A stretch of 64,000 nucleotides of DNA, taken from Lingula anatina. Taxonomy: Eukaryota > Animalia > Brachiopoda. Made by a program: the position numbers and the translations under genes. Below the pieces are notes generated by a model, which was not told the origin of the DNA, did not search any database, and saw only the letters and a list, made by a program, of their open reading frames with translations. Where the stretch lies: positions 2,666,001 to 2,730,000 of the forward strand of contig CM120642.1 of assembly GCA_051362555.1 (NCBI GenBank), in the 5' to 3' direction. Below, one piece after another: positions 1-11,816 of the stretch (the first letter of the stretch is position 1; the number at the start of each line of letters is the position of its first letter).

Positions 1-739
1 TGATTGGCGGGCGGCGGAGGCAATCGAATCTGGTCAGAGGTTACTTGACACGATGGAGATAGGCTACAGTGAAAAGGTTAGTGTCAAGTTAGCTCTGAAG
101 CTCAGGGTGCTAAAATCTGACAGTACCGCAATTTTTAACATAAAATTTAGGTTCGGACATAGCCATTGATGTTTTGTAAATAAGAACTTGCAAACTTATA
201 TATTAATTTAGAAAAGTAGACCTAATTTTGATAGCAGAAGCATATTCTGTCGGGGGTTAAATATTTTCGTGACTACCGGGATGGACGAGATTGAGGGCAG
301 GGGTAATCCTAGAGAGGGGTGAGAAACGTCCATTGTTCTCGTCAGCGAGGCTGTCCTTTTTCAGGGTTTGTACGCACGGACAGAAAACTTAAGTATTGTG
401 GGAACGTTACTAATGAAGCCACTGGTAGTACTAGTAGATATCAGCCTGTAGTCTTGAACAAGCGCCTCGATGACGAGTGAACAGTTGTCAAAAACAAAAG
501 ACCCAGGTGTGGTTGTTCAACTACTGTTGATGCGTGCCGCAACGACCAAACCTAATTGCTCCTCAAGGTCACAAAACAATAACCGGTACTGACGGCTAGG
601 CTCGTCTTAATCATATAAGTAGCGCGTTTCCACCCCCTGATTGAGGGAGTCGTCTGTTGTATTCATGCGACTCCTACTTGACGAAAACGAGGCGCGATAC
701 CCGGATGACAGGTAGGCTTACAGAATTTGTGATAGGGTA

Positions 740-849
740 TGATACACTTTTATGCGATCTGACACACACCTTGAAAACGGGTAGTGTGGTCAGATATACC
801 GGTTTATTCTGGACCCGTAGGTGCCGAGTCTGGTAGTTGGGAAGGCTTG
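740..849. mobile_element. One ~110-bp terminal inverted repeat of the long-TIR DNA element family also found at 28632-29183; the element body probably runs off the window start
   Basis: Near-identical to 29074-29183 (cgatctgacacacaccttgaaaacgggtagtgtgg...gtgccgagtctggtagttggg). Confidence 0.7.
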
Positions 850-3800
850 AATAATAATTTTAAAAAATCATCTTCTATCCCAAAAAAGGAACATACATTG
901 TCACAAATGCAAAACGTTCAACTATGAAACGTTTTACTCACTTTGAACATTCAATCATCACTGGATTCGTTCTTTGATTTATTTCCTACAAGTATATCGT
1001 TGTAAAAAATATAATAATCTTCTGTATAGAGCAATTAATTGTCTTTGAGCAAATTTAGTTTGCTTGGCGCTGAATATTAAAACAAACGGGGAAGTACGCC
1101 CTACCGACAGTAAAATAGGCATCAAATAAATTATTATTCCCCTTGTGTTCCAAATATTATCAGAAATGTCAAATTATCGTGGAATCACAATATATTTTTC
1201 GGTCAGCAAACGAAAACATTGTTTTCTCTTGCACCAAGAACTTGAACAAAAAGAAATTTTGACAATTTTTCTAGGGAACATACGTTACCTAGTATATTCC
1301 ATGATGCAAAGCCCCTTCAGTTACAGTCTGAATAGTTATAAAAACATCCTTACGTCATGTCTAATTTACCATGACTTAACCACTACAATATATAACGGAA
1401 CGCGGTATGAAAATTTAAATTAAATGACCCGGAACATGCGTTATCGTACGTTTTTAGAATATACTAGTACGTTACCATTTAGGTCTCTTTGCGTAATGTA
1501 AAAAATATGGTAAATATTAAACTTTGAATTTAAATTGAGACAGTCGTGGATTTTTGTTCTATAAACATATATGTTTTAAAAATTTGGATACAACTTTAAA
1601 TTCCTTCAATTTTATTTTTTTTGACACTCTAACATGTGAAATGCACGTCTATATTGGGTTTGGGTGCATTCGCGCACAGTACGTGTGATCACCGTATTTA
1701 TACAAACTGTGACGTATCACTGGCTGCTAAATTGCGGAACACCGTTAACTATACTGACAAGTGTTACCACTCTCTCTCCTAACACAATTTGATGGTAAGA
1801 ACACAGGTTTAAATTATCATATAAGCAATGCATTTGCCCTTGTGCCGACAACAGTTATTCTCGTTTTATGATAACAGTTAATTAACCTATACAGTTTGAA
1901 AGAAAAATAACCATGTTGAGGTAAATGTCTGGGCTATCTTGATATTAAAGGCATGCAACGATTATATATCCTTGTTTATCGTGAAAATAATCCCAAATGA
2001 AATATTTCCCATCACCTTGATATCAAAGCTGTGTACAAAATGACTATACACTAATCCGCTCTTGATTTCTCAGTTTGTAGATTTTTAAATTATTGTCCTT
2101 ATACATATTTGATAATTTCAAAAGTATTTATAAAAATAGGAATTTGAAATGGAAAACTCTTTATCAGTCGTCCAGATACTTTCGAGTTTATGCAGCTGCC
2201 AAAACCCTCGCATGCTGTAATCCATGCGAAATAAGAACGACCGTAGCTGTGTCTCTACTGTGTATGCAGTGACCACATTCTCCCAATTACTGTGAATAGA
2301 TATACAGGGCACTGGCATATGCGGATAGCAGAAAGCAGACGAGAGTACATAATATAATCAACGTTGAAGTATATATGACGTGTAATCATTTTAACTCTAA
2401 TTAATTATCCAACTTTGGGTCTCGTACTTCAGTTGATGCGAGAGCAATTCTTTCGGATCTGATATGATTTGAAAACTGTCAGGCAAGTCTTTGCCAAGTG
2501 ATTCAAGATGCAATGTGCAAAAATGTTACAGTAAAATGCCAGTAAAACACCCGTAGTCTGTGTAATAGAAATTTCATTCATATGGAGATTTGAAAGTTAA
2601 GACACAAATACATGTGATATATGTGACTTACGGTATTTATTAGTCATATATAGTCAAAATAAAATATTCATTTCCGTATGCAACATGCTATTTAAATGTA
2701 CATATGAACCAAGCTCCGGTGGAGCGTGGATTCCCAGTAACACACAAAAACCACCTCTACATGTACTAGTTTCTTATACGACTCAAATAAATTCGACATG
2801 CCAAGGTATACACTGAATAAATAACTCGATCAGCCATAAAAGAGCTTTAGACTGCATCTTTCTTTAAATTTTTGGTCAGAAACTTAACCTACTTTTGACC
2901 TACTGTTCTGCCCCATTGATATACAGCATAGAATGCTACCAGATAAATCCGTTCAAATATCATTTTTCCGCTAAATTTAAACAATGCCTTGTTTAATTTT
3001 CGTAAATCTCTTAATTATACTACGTGAAAGTATATGCTCACATTTGTCTGGCCTTTGTGGCAAAAAATTGACTTCATATGCATCTTTAAACTAGAAATGA
3101 CTAGTGTTCCATAACCTAGAGAAGTGGATTCATCGATTGTGTCTCCACAGTAGCTAACTGCGGAATTTGGAGTTGCATTGGTTTCAGGTAGATTTGTAAA
3201 AAATATATATAGCTTCGTTTTCATCATACAATGCACACTCCAATATCTTAGCGCAAATTCTGCAATTTTACAATTTAGAATCTCGAGCAGCTTTGGCGCA
3301 CGTCTCGTCCATTTATGATTTACTGTTACATACAAAGCAAGGGAAGTGATGGGAATTATGGCAAAATATATAGTGAGCTATTATCGTGTCACAAAATGAG
3401 CAATATCAAAAGATCATTCCACTTTTTTAAATGTAAATCTTTTTGGGGGGGCAAATCACTTAAATATTGATAGTTTTGTTCATTGTTCCAAATTCACTGA
3501 TTCTCTACTACACAAATTTGAGCACTACATTGATCAGGACAATACTGAATGTGTTTAAACATTGTTATTGCAGTATCTACCAACATGTAAATAATTTTGA
3601 ATCAATCATGCAATATGGTATACGAAGCCCTAAGGGTTTTCGCTAAGTCTAAATATATGGACCAATTTTCTGGGGTAAAAGTGTACATAAACCACTTGGA
3701 TAGAAATGTATAAATACAGGGGAAGGTCATAAAAATCAATGAACCACCTTTAGAATCTTGAGCTCATAAAGTTGATACGTCAATTCATGTACTTTTTACA

Positions 3801-3910
3801 CCAATAAACAGCTATATGTGTATATCTCTCATCAGGCCAGCAAAGAAGTCGACAGGAACAACAACTCAAATGCTTCCACTTTCAACGCAACTTAACGATA
3901 CCATTACATT

Positions 3911-6900
3911 TTAATTAAGAGTCACTTCACAAATATACTGCCCTGGTTCGCTACATGTTTGCTCCTTCCACTTCTTATTACCTTGTTTGTTGTTTATAGC
4001 ACCGCAAGCTTTAGCAGCATTCGAGGGCGCCGTCCCGCCGTTGTTCCCATTCCAATTAATGTACCCTGCAGTTGAGGAGCCGTCCATCCACGCCCAAGTA
4101 CCAGGGGTTGACTGTTCCAATCCAATCCAATTTTTGACAGAAGTTGTTCTGAAAACCATGCACAGGGAAAGAATAATTACTGTTTTGCTGGCCGTGAAAT
4201 GCAATTTTTGGTGAGAAAATGGTGTGTCATTAATGCCATCATTGAACTCATTCAGAATACCGGACAAACAGATCTGCGGGTCAAATATTGCCGCCTCATT
4301 TGATTCCCTGTTGAGGAATCCCCACGGGAAATCTGTTTAGTGTCAAATCAGGAATTAAGCGGCAAGCTTTTAAGTGGATCGCCATATTTGGTCCACGGGT
4401 CTGTTAGTCGCTGTTCTGAATGTACTCAATAACACACAAATATGCAGGTATATTTTTAATACGTTAAAATATCCTTACTTGATATGATCGAGACCATAAG
4501 CTTTTATAAGGACAATTACTTAACACTTCAGCATCTTTCAAAGGACATTCTTAACACACACACTTTCTCTCTCTGTAATGCATAAGTTGGTTACTAAAAT
4601 ACATTAAAAACCTACACAGCTGGAATGAGGGCCTCTACGTCAGAATTTTGAGATTCGCTCAATATGATAGCCAGTGTGCTTCCTGTAACATTTGTAACAC
4701 ATTGTGCCTTGGCACCGGCATAATCTAATTGGTCACTAAAGAACTGGAAACATTTGGTACCATCGCTTGATTTTATCCAGAATTCGCTTCCAGGTGGACC
4801 CCCTGGGCAAGCTAGAAAAACATACAAAACACGTGAGAAAATATAACTCATACAAAAGTACAGCAAAATATTAGATTTTTAAAATCTCATTTATATTAAG
4901 TGAAAATCTCCATCACAAAGAAATCGTATCAGATACGATTATTTGGCTCATATGTTTATCAATAACACCAATGAATATTTCACTTACAGATAAACAAATG
5001 TGAGTTAAGATGGATATTAAAACAATGTGAATATGCAAAGTACATTATACATTTATGATATAACATTAAATTAATTATTCCAGACCTTCATTTTCATTGT
5101 TTTAAAGTACCATCTTACAAGATATACTCACTTCTAGTATCAACACATATGATGCCATCACCTGAGAAGCCAGGTAAACAAGAACAACTAAAACTGCCAA
5201 CAGTGTCTGTACATGTGGCATTTTCTGCACAGTTATCTGTACCCAAGAAACACTCGTCCAAATTATTACATGTTGTGCCATCACCAGTGAAGCCGGCTAA
5301 ACAAGAACAACTGAAACTGCCAACAGTGTCTGTACATGTTGCATTTTCTGCACAGTTGTCTGTACCCAAGGAACACTCGTCCAAATTATTACATGCTGTG
5401 CCGTCACCAGTAAAGCCAGCTAAACAAGAACAACTGAAACTGCCAACAGTGTCTGTACATGTGGCATTTTCTGCACAGTTGTCTGTACCCAAGGAACACT
5501 CGTCCAAATTATTACATGCTGTGCCGTCACCAGTAAAGCCAGCTAAACAAGAACAACTGAAACTACCAACATTGTCTGTACATGTGGCATTTTCTGCACA
5601 GTTGTCTGTACCCAAGGAACACTCGTCCAAATTATTACATGCTGTGCCGTCACCAGTAAAGCCAGCTAAACAAGAACAACTGAAACTACCAACAGTGTCT
5701 GTACAAGTGGCATTTTCTGCACAGTTGTCTGTAACCAAGGAACACTCGTCCAAATTATTACATGTTGTGCCATCACCAGTGAAGCCAGCTAAACAAGAAC
5801 AACTGAAACTGCCAACAGTGTCTGTACATGTGGCATTTTCTGCACAGTTATCTGTACCCAAAGAACACTCGTCCAAATTATTACATGTTGTGCCATCACC
5901 GGTGAAGCCAGCTAAACAAGAACAACTGAAACTGCCAACAGTGTCTGTACATGTTGCATTTGTTGCACAGTTGTCTGTACCCAAGGAACACTCGTCCAAA
6001 TTATTACATGCTGTGCCGTCACCAGTAAAACCAGCAAAACAAGAACAACTGAAACTGCCAACAGTGTCTGTACATGTGGCATTTTCTGCACAGTTGTCTG
6101 TACCCAAGGAACACTCGTCCAAATTATTACAGGCTCTGCCATCACCAGTGAAGCCAGCTAAACAAGAACAACTGAAACTGCCAACAGTGTCTGTACATGT
6201 GGCATTTTCTGCACAGTTGTCTGTACCCAAGGAACACTCGTCCAAATTATTACATGCTGTGCCATCACCAGTAAAGCCAGCTAAACAAGAACAACTGAAA
6301 CTGCCAACAGTGTCTGTACATGTGGCATTTTCTGCACAGTTGTCTGTACCCATGGAACACTCATCCAAATTATTACATGTTGTGCCGTCACCAGTAAAAC
6401 CAGCCAAACAAGAACAACTGAAACTGCCAACAGTGTCTGTACATGTGGCATTTTCTGCACAGTTGTCTGTACCCAAGGAACACTCGTCCAAATTATTACA
6501 TGCTGTGCCGTCACCAGTAAAACCAGCCAAACAAGAACAATTGAAACTGCCAACAGTGTCTGTACATGTGGCATTTTCTGCACAGTTGTCTGTACCCAAG
6601 GAACACTCGTCCAAATTATTACATGTTGTGCCATCTCCAGTGAAGCCAGCTAAACAAGAACAACTGAAACTGCCAACAGTGTCTGTACATGTGGCATTTT
6701 CTGCACAGTTGTCTGTACCCAAGGAACACTCGTCCAAATTATTACATGTTGTGCCATCACCAGTGAAGCCAGCTAAACAAGAACAACTGAAACTGCCAAC
6801 AGTGTCTGTACATGTTGCATTTTCTGCACAGTTGTCTGTACCCAAGGAACACTCGTCCAAATTATTACATGTTGTGCCGTCACCAGTAAAACCAGCAAAA

Positions 6901-9657
6901 CAAGAACAACTGAAACTGCCAACAGTGTCTGTACATGTTGCATTTTCTGCACAGTTGTCTGTACCCAAGGAACACTCGTCCAAATTATTACATGTTGTGC
7001 CGTCACCAGTGAAGCCAGCTAAACAAGAACAACTGAAACTGCCAACAGTGTCTGTACATGTGGCATTTTCTGCACAGTTGTCTGTACCCAAGGAACACTC
7101 GTCCAAATTATTACATGCTGTGCCGTCACCAGTAAAACCAGCTAAACAAGAACAACTGAAACTGCCAACAGTGTCTGTACATGTGGCATTTTCTGCACAG
7201 TTGTCTGTACCCAAGGAACACTCGTCCAGATTATTACATGTTGTGCCATCACCAGTGAAGCCAGCTAAACAAGAACAACTGAAACTGCCAACAGTGTCTG
7301 TACATGTGGCATTTTCTGCACAGTTGTCTGTACCCAAGGAACACTCGTCCAAATTATTACATGTTGTGCCGTCACCAGTAAAACCAGCAAAACAAGAACA
7401 ACTGAAACTGCCAACAGTGTCTGTACATGTGGCATTTTCTGCACAGTTGTCTGTACCCAAGGAACACTCGTCCAAATTATTACATGTTGTGCCGTCACCA
7501 GTAAAACCAGCCAAACAAGAACAACTGAAACTGCCAACAGTGTCTGTACATGTTGCATTTTCTGCACAGTTGTCTGTACCCAAGGAACACTCGTCCAAAT
7601 TATTACATGTTGTGCCGTCACCACTAAAACCAGCAAAACAAGAACAACTAAAACTGCCAACAGTGTCTGTACATGTGGCATTTTCTGCACAGTTGTCTGT
7701 ACCCAAGGAACACTCGTCCAAATTATTACATGTTGTGCCGTCACCAGTGAAGCCAGCTAAACAAGAACAACTGAAACTGCCAACAGTGTCTGTACATGTT
7801 GCATTTTCTGCACAGTTGTCTGTACCCAAGGAACACTCGTCCAAATTATTACATGCTGTGCCGTCACCAGTAAAACCAGCTAAACAAGAACAACTGAAAC
7901 TGCCAACAGTGTCTGTACATGTGGCATTTTCTGCACAGTTGTCTGTACCCAAGGAACACTCGTCCAGATTATTACATGTTGTGCCATCACCAGTGAAGCC
8001 AGCAAAACAAGAACAACTGAAACTGCCAACAGTGTCTGTACATGTGGCATTTTCTGCACAGTTGTCTGTACCCAAGGAACACTCGTCCAAATTATTACAT
8101 GTTGTGCCGTCACCAGTAAAACCAGCAAAACAAGAACAACTGAAACTGCCAACAGTGTCTGTACATGTGGCATTTTCTGCACAGTTGTCTGTACCCAAGG
8201 AACACTCGTCCAAATTATTACATGTTGTGCCGTCACCAGTAAAACCAGCCAAACAAGAACAACTGAAACTGCCAACAGTGTCTGTACATGTGGCATTTTC
8301 TGCACAGTTGTCTGTACCCAAGGAACACTCGTCCAAATTATTACATGTTGTGCCGTCACCAGTAAAACCAGCCAAACAAGAACAACTAAAACTGCCAACA
8401 GTGTCTGTACATGTGGCATTTTCTGCACAGTTGTCTGTACCCAAGGAACACTCGTCCAAATTATTACATGTTGTGCCATCACCAGTGAAGCCAGCTAAAC
8501 AAGAACAACTGAAACTGCCAACAGTGTCTGTACATGTTGCATTTTCTGCACAGTTGTCTGTACCCAAGGAACACTCGTCAGAATTAACACATGTTGTGCC
8601 ATCACCAGTGAAACCAGGCAAACAAGAACAAGTGAAACTGCCAACAGTGTTTGTGCATGTGGCATTTTCTGCACAGTTGTCAGTACCCAAGGAACACTCG
8701 TCTTGGTCATTGGTACATAAGAAGCTCCCTATAGTGTTCACACAATTTCTCCCTATGCAAACTCGTAGTCCGAATGGAAATTCTATTGCACATTCGTTGA
8801 TGTCTAAAAAGAGAGAGAAATACTTTTTAAAAATTAGGTAGTCTGTATGTGTTAGTTAATGGACTTCACACCCCACTGACTAGATCGTCATATTCATTTA
8901 GTCCAAACTTATCTTCCTTATTCTCCTGGAAAAGAAAGGTGAAAGTTCAAAGTATAGGTGGATAATTTCCCTGGGCTTATTGTTTACCTCCTTCTTTTGT
9001 TTTTCCATTAGCAGAAAAAAAAACGCATATTGCACCAGATATCTGAAGGATTATTATTTTTGTATGGTATATTCAATTACATGATATCAGCTACCTACCT
9101 ACACAAATGCCACCTGCGTCCTTCTTAAAACCAGGCAGGCAAACGCACTGACAAGTGGTAGTAGGTGGGGTGTTGCAGGATCCTCCAAAAACGAACAGGT
9201 TATAAAAATAGCATCCAAATAAGTTCGGTAGCTGGAAGGTTAATGGTGGCAAACAACGTCCATATTGACCACACGGATTCTCTTGCGCTTTGCCAGCTGT
9301 AACAAGAAATTTAGTGAAATTCAGAATTTTGCTGTTATGTCATCAGCTATACATATAGGATCAGTTCAAGCTGAGATGTTTTTGATGGGACACCATTATA
9401 TTATTACATGGCATTGTTTAATTCCCACATTTTGTAACATCCCACACACTATGAGACAAACATTCTGCCGTAGAGAAGCCCGTTGAGGCAAGATAACCGT
9501 GACTTGCACTACCTTTTTTTTTTTTTTTTTTTTTTTTTTGGTTGTTTGTCGGCCATACTACTTCCCTGACACCCACATTTACTTAATTCCGCGCATTTCC
9601 ATCCTTTCAAGTTAAACATTGTTATGAAAAATTTATGTGGTCTGTTTTATATTGGTA

Positions 9658-9712
<55 letters not shown>

Positions 9713-11309
9713 CTTTACATTTAATATGGAATTTTTTTTTCCAAGTCATTTTTCATCAGTTTTTTTCCTATTTTGCTGACTGATAAATGAAAATAAGGAT
9801 TAAAATCGTGTTTTAATAACTTTAAATTATCTCTTTGATGTCATGGTGACATCGGCTCATTGGTTGAATTCGACATTGAAGCAAACAGAAATGCATTGCC
9901 TATTCTATGTCATACGACATCCATTAAAAGAGATATTTTGGATCTCCATATTCTCCAAATTATCGTCTGTAAATAAGTTATACGCTCCACAAAGGACCTT
10001 CATGTCAGTGTCTAGTCATAGTAACGGTCGCTGTTACGCCTGGCCTCTTCTGTCTGTTACCAGCGCTCTCAAGCGGCAAGGTATTCCTGGGGATAGGTTT
10101 TTAGAGTTCAATCTGGAATATTATTCCAGGCATCGGCCCAAAATTGTCCAATTTGGTCCAGTTTTAATGTAGGGCATGTAGGCAGTTGATTCGGCGAGTA
10201 ATGGCTTACCCACATATTGTCTATGCGGTTCAAATGTGGCGATTTTGATGACCAGGGTAGCTGCTCATTCTCTTGATTCTGTAAGTTATCTGCTATTAAA
10301 AGTGCTAGAGGTGTGAACCGGCAATCTCACCGTGTAACCTAAAATTGTTCTTAAGGTGCCCCCTATCAAATGATAGTCAAGTGTTTTGGCACCAATGTGG
10401 TATCCACTCCAAATACCGACGCTGTCAATGACCCGTGGCACTTTAGACGCGGCACATGCTTCGTCGTAGCTAGCCGCCTCTTCTGGATGCCTGTAAACTC
10501 TGTTTTGACTACTTGGGCGGTACAGGTGAAATCTGACCTCAATAAAGAAAGCCACGTGATTTCAGTGTTCTACCCAGAAACGGTCATGGCCCCCAATTCA
10601 TTAGAGAAACAGACGACGATGTTTTGCTGTTTACAGTGGGTACCTCGGAGGTCATCTGATATTCTAACCTGCTAAAATCAATTTGGTGTTCGTTAAGGGC
10701 GTTGAATAACGCATTTTGGTGGCAATTTACCCCTCGTTCTGAACGGACTGGGTGGCTTTTGTTTAGTTTCAACAGCATATCCCGAAAGACAGTGGGTCCT
10801 GTGCCCTGGAGGTAAGATTTCGATGCATTGGGTGTGACATCTGTGTAGGTACATCAGTCTGGGCATTACTCTATAAAACTGTGCGGACCGTTCCGTTTGC
10901 CGCTATAATCTGTCTGGTAATGTCTTTTTCGCGCCATTCTGCCACAAATTAACAAATTTGTAAAGCACTACTTAGCTCATTTTACGCACTGCAAAACTGA
11001 CCGCTTGCATGCAAAATTTCAAATTCTTCTATGCAGTAGTTGCCGACATACGGATACTTTTTTGACAGAACCAAGCTTTGCCTAAGCCAAGCCCTGACCA
11101 GCCCAAAGGAACACTACCCAATTAAATCACCGTATATTACATAATGTAGCAGCGCAACAGACATGGAAGTCAGTTAATTGGTAGCGACACACCTGACTAC
11201 ACACTTCTCCATTCACAAATTTTATATGAGATCGGAGTTTTTTTAAAAAAGAACGGATTTTTACCTAGGCATACCTTCGAAACTGAAATATTCCATATTA
11301 AATGTCAAG

Positions 11310-11391
<82 letters not shown>

Positions 11392-11738
11392 TGTTTATTA
11401 ACCGCGCTTAACACTGCCCCAAAGTATTATTTGTTTGACCACATATGTCATAAACAACCACGCATCTTCTCCAATTTATATCTCATAAACTATAAAATGG
11501 CCTAAACAAAAAACCTTTTGTGGTTATTTCCTTCTGAAAGAAGATGTGATTCTTCAAATGACTCATAAGCCTTTTCGAATTAATTCATCTATTTAGAAAT
11601 AATTTAGAATTTTCAGAAAAAATCCCATTACTAAATAATTTAATAATTCATTCGTGATGAATTACACTTACGTATAAAAATGCCGGTGACTAACAACAGA
11701 GCTGCTACAGTCCACTGGCTGCATGTAACTTGCACCAT
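3911..11738 (-). CDS. Secreted tandem cbEGF / C-type lectin-like protein, paralog A (~1456 aa, 29 EGF units); exons 11672-11738, 9099-9296, 5132-8803, 4616-4811, 3911-4148
   Basis: All introns are GT-AG with compatible phases (1,1,1,2). Signal peptide MVQVTCSQWTVAALLLVTGIFIPGKA; repeat unit [41 protein letters not shown]; CTLD hallmarks (KCF, A..C...STLA, WIGL, W.W.DGS, W...C....YICE). Exon lengths are conserved in all three paralogs. Confidence 0.92.
4249..4422. mobile_element. MITE-like insertion in intron 4 of paralog A
   Basis: Imperfect ~45-bp inverted termini (cattcagaa...ttctgaatg); absent from the aligned intron 4 of paralog B. Confidence 0.55.
5144..8706 (-). repeat. Coding tandem array, 29 x 123 bp cbEGF units (paralog A exon 3)
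   Basis: Marker cactcg recurs from 5251 to 8695, a span of exactly 28 x 123 bp. Confidence 0.97.
9709..11313. mobile_element. Non-autonomous TIR DNA transposon (~1.6 kb, TA target, Tc1/mariner-like ends), copy 1, in intron 1 of paralog A
   Basis: Termini cagactttacatttaatatggaa...ttccatattaaatgtcaagtctg, flanked by (TA)n on both sides; collinear with 14644-16304. Confidence 0.85.
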
Positions 11739-11808
11739 CTCTTTGTGATCAGCGGTAGAAAGAGAGAAGAGTTGGCGAAACAATGAATCGCAGGACCACA
11801 CCCAGGCC

Positions 11809-11816
11809 TTTTTATA
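11809..11816 (-). promoter_or_regulatory. TATA box of paralog A
   Basis: TATAAAAA ~70 nt upstream of the ATG; same position in the other exon-1 cassettes. Confidence 0.7.

Noticed and set aside
5912-8710. Hydrophobic alternative-frame ORFs ([28 protein letters not shown]...) in all three arrays
   Set aside because: Off-frame readings of the EGF repeats, broken wherever synonymous variants create stops
5149-8841. Very long plus-strand ORFs over the arrays (1230 aa here; also 20459-21847 and 39545-44515)
   Set aside because: Antisense shadows of a homogeneous 123-bp in-frame repeat: one stop-free unit yields a long ORF. The minus frame has the cbEGF consensus and the splice sites.
10286-10778. 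ORFs inside the 1.6-kb TIR elements as a transposase
   Set aside because: Short, not maintained in frame between copies, no recognisable DDE motif
11302-11505. YIYIYI ORF
   Set aside because: Translation of a (TA)n microsatellite
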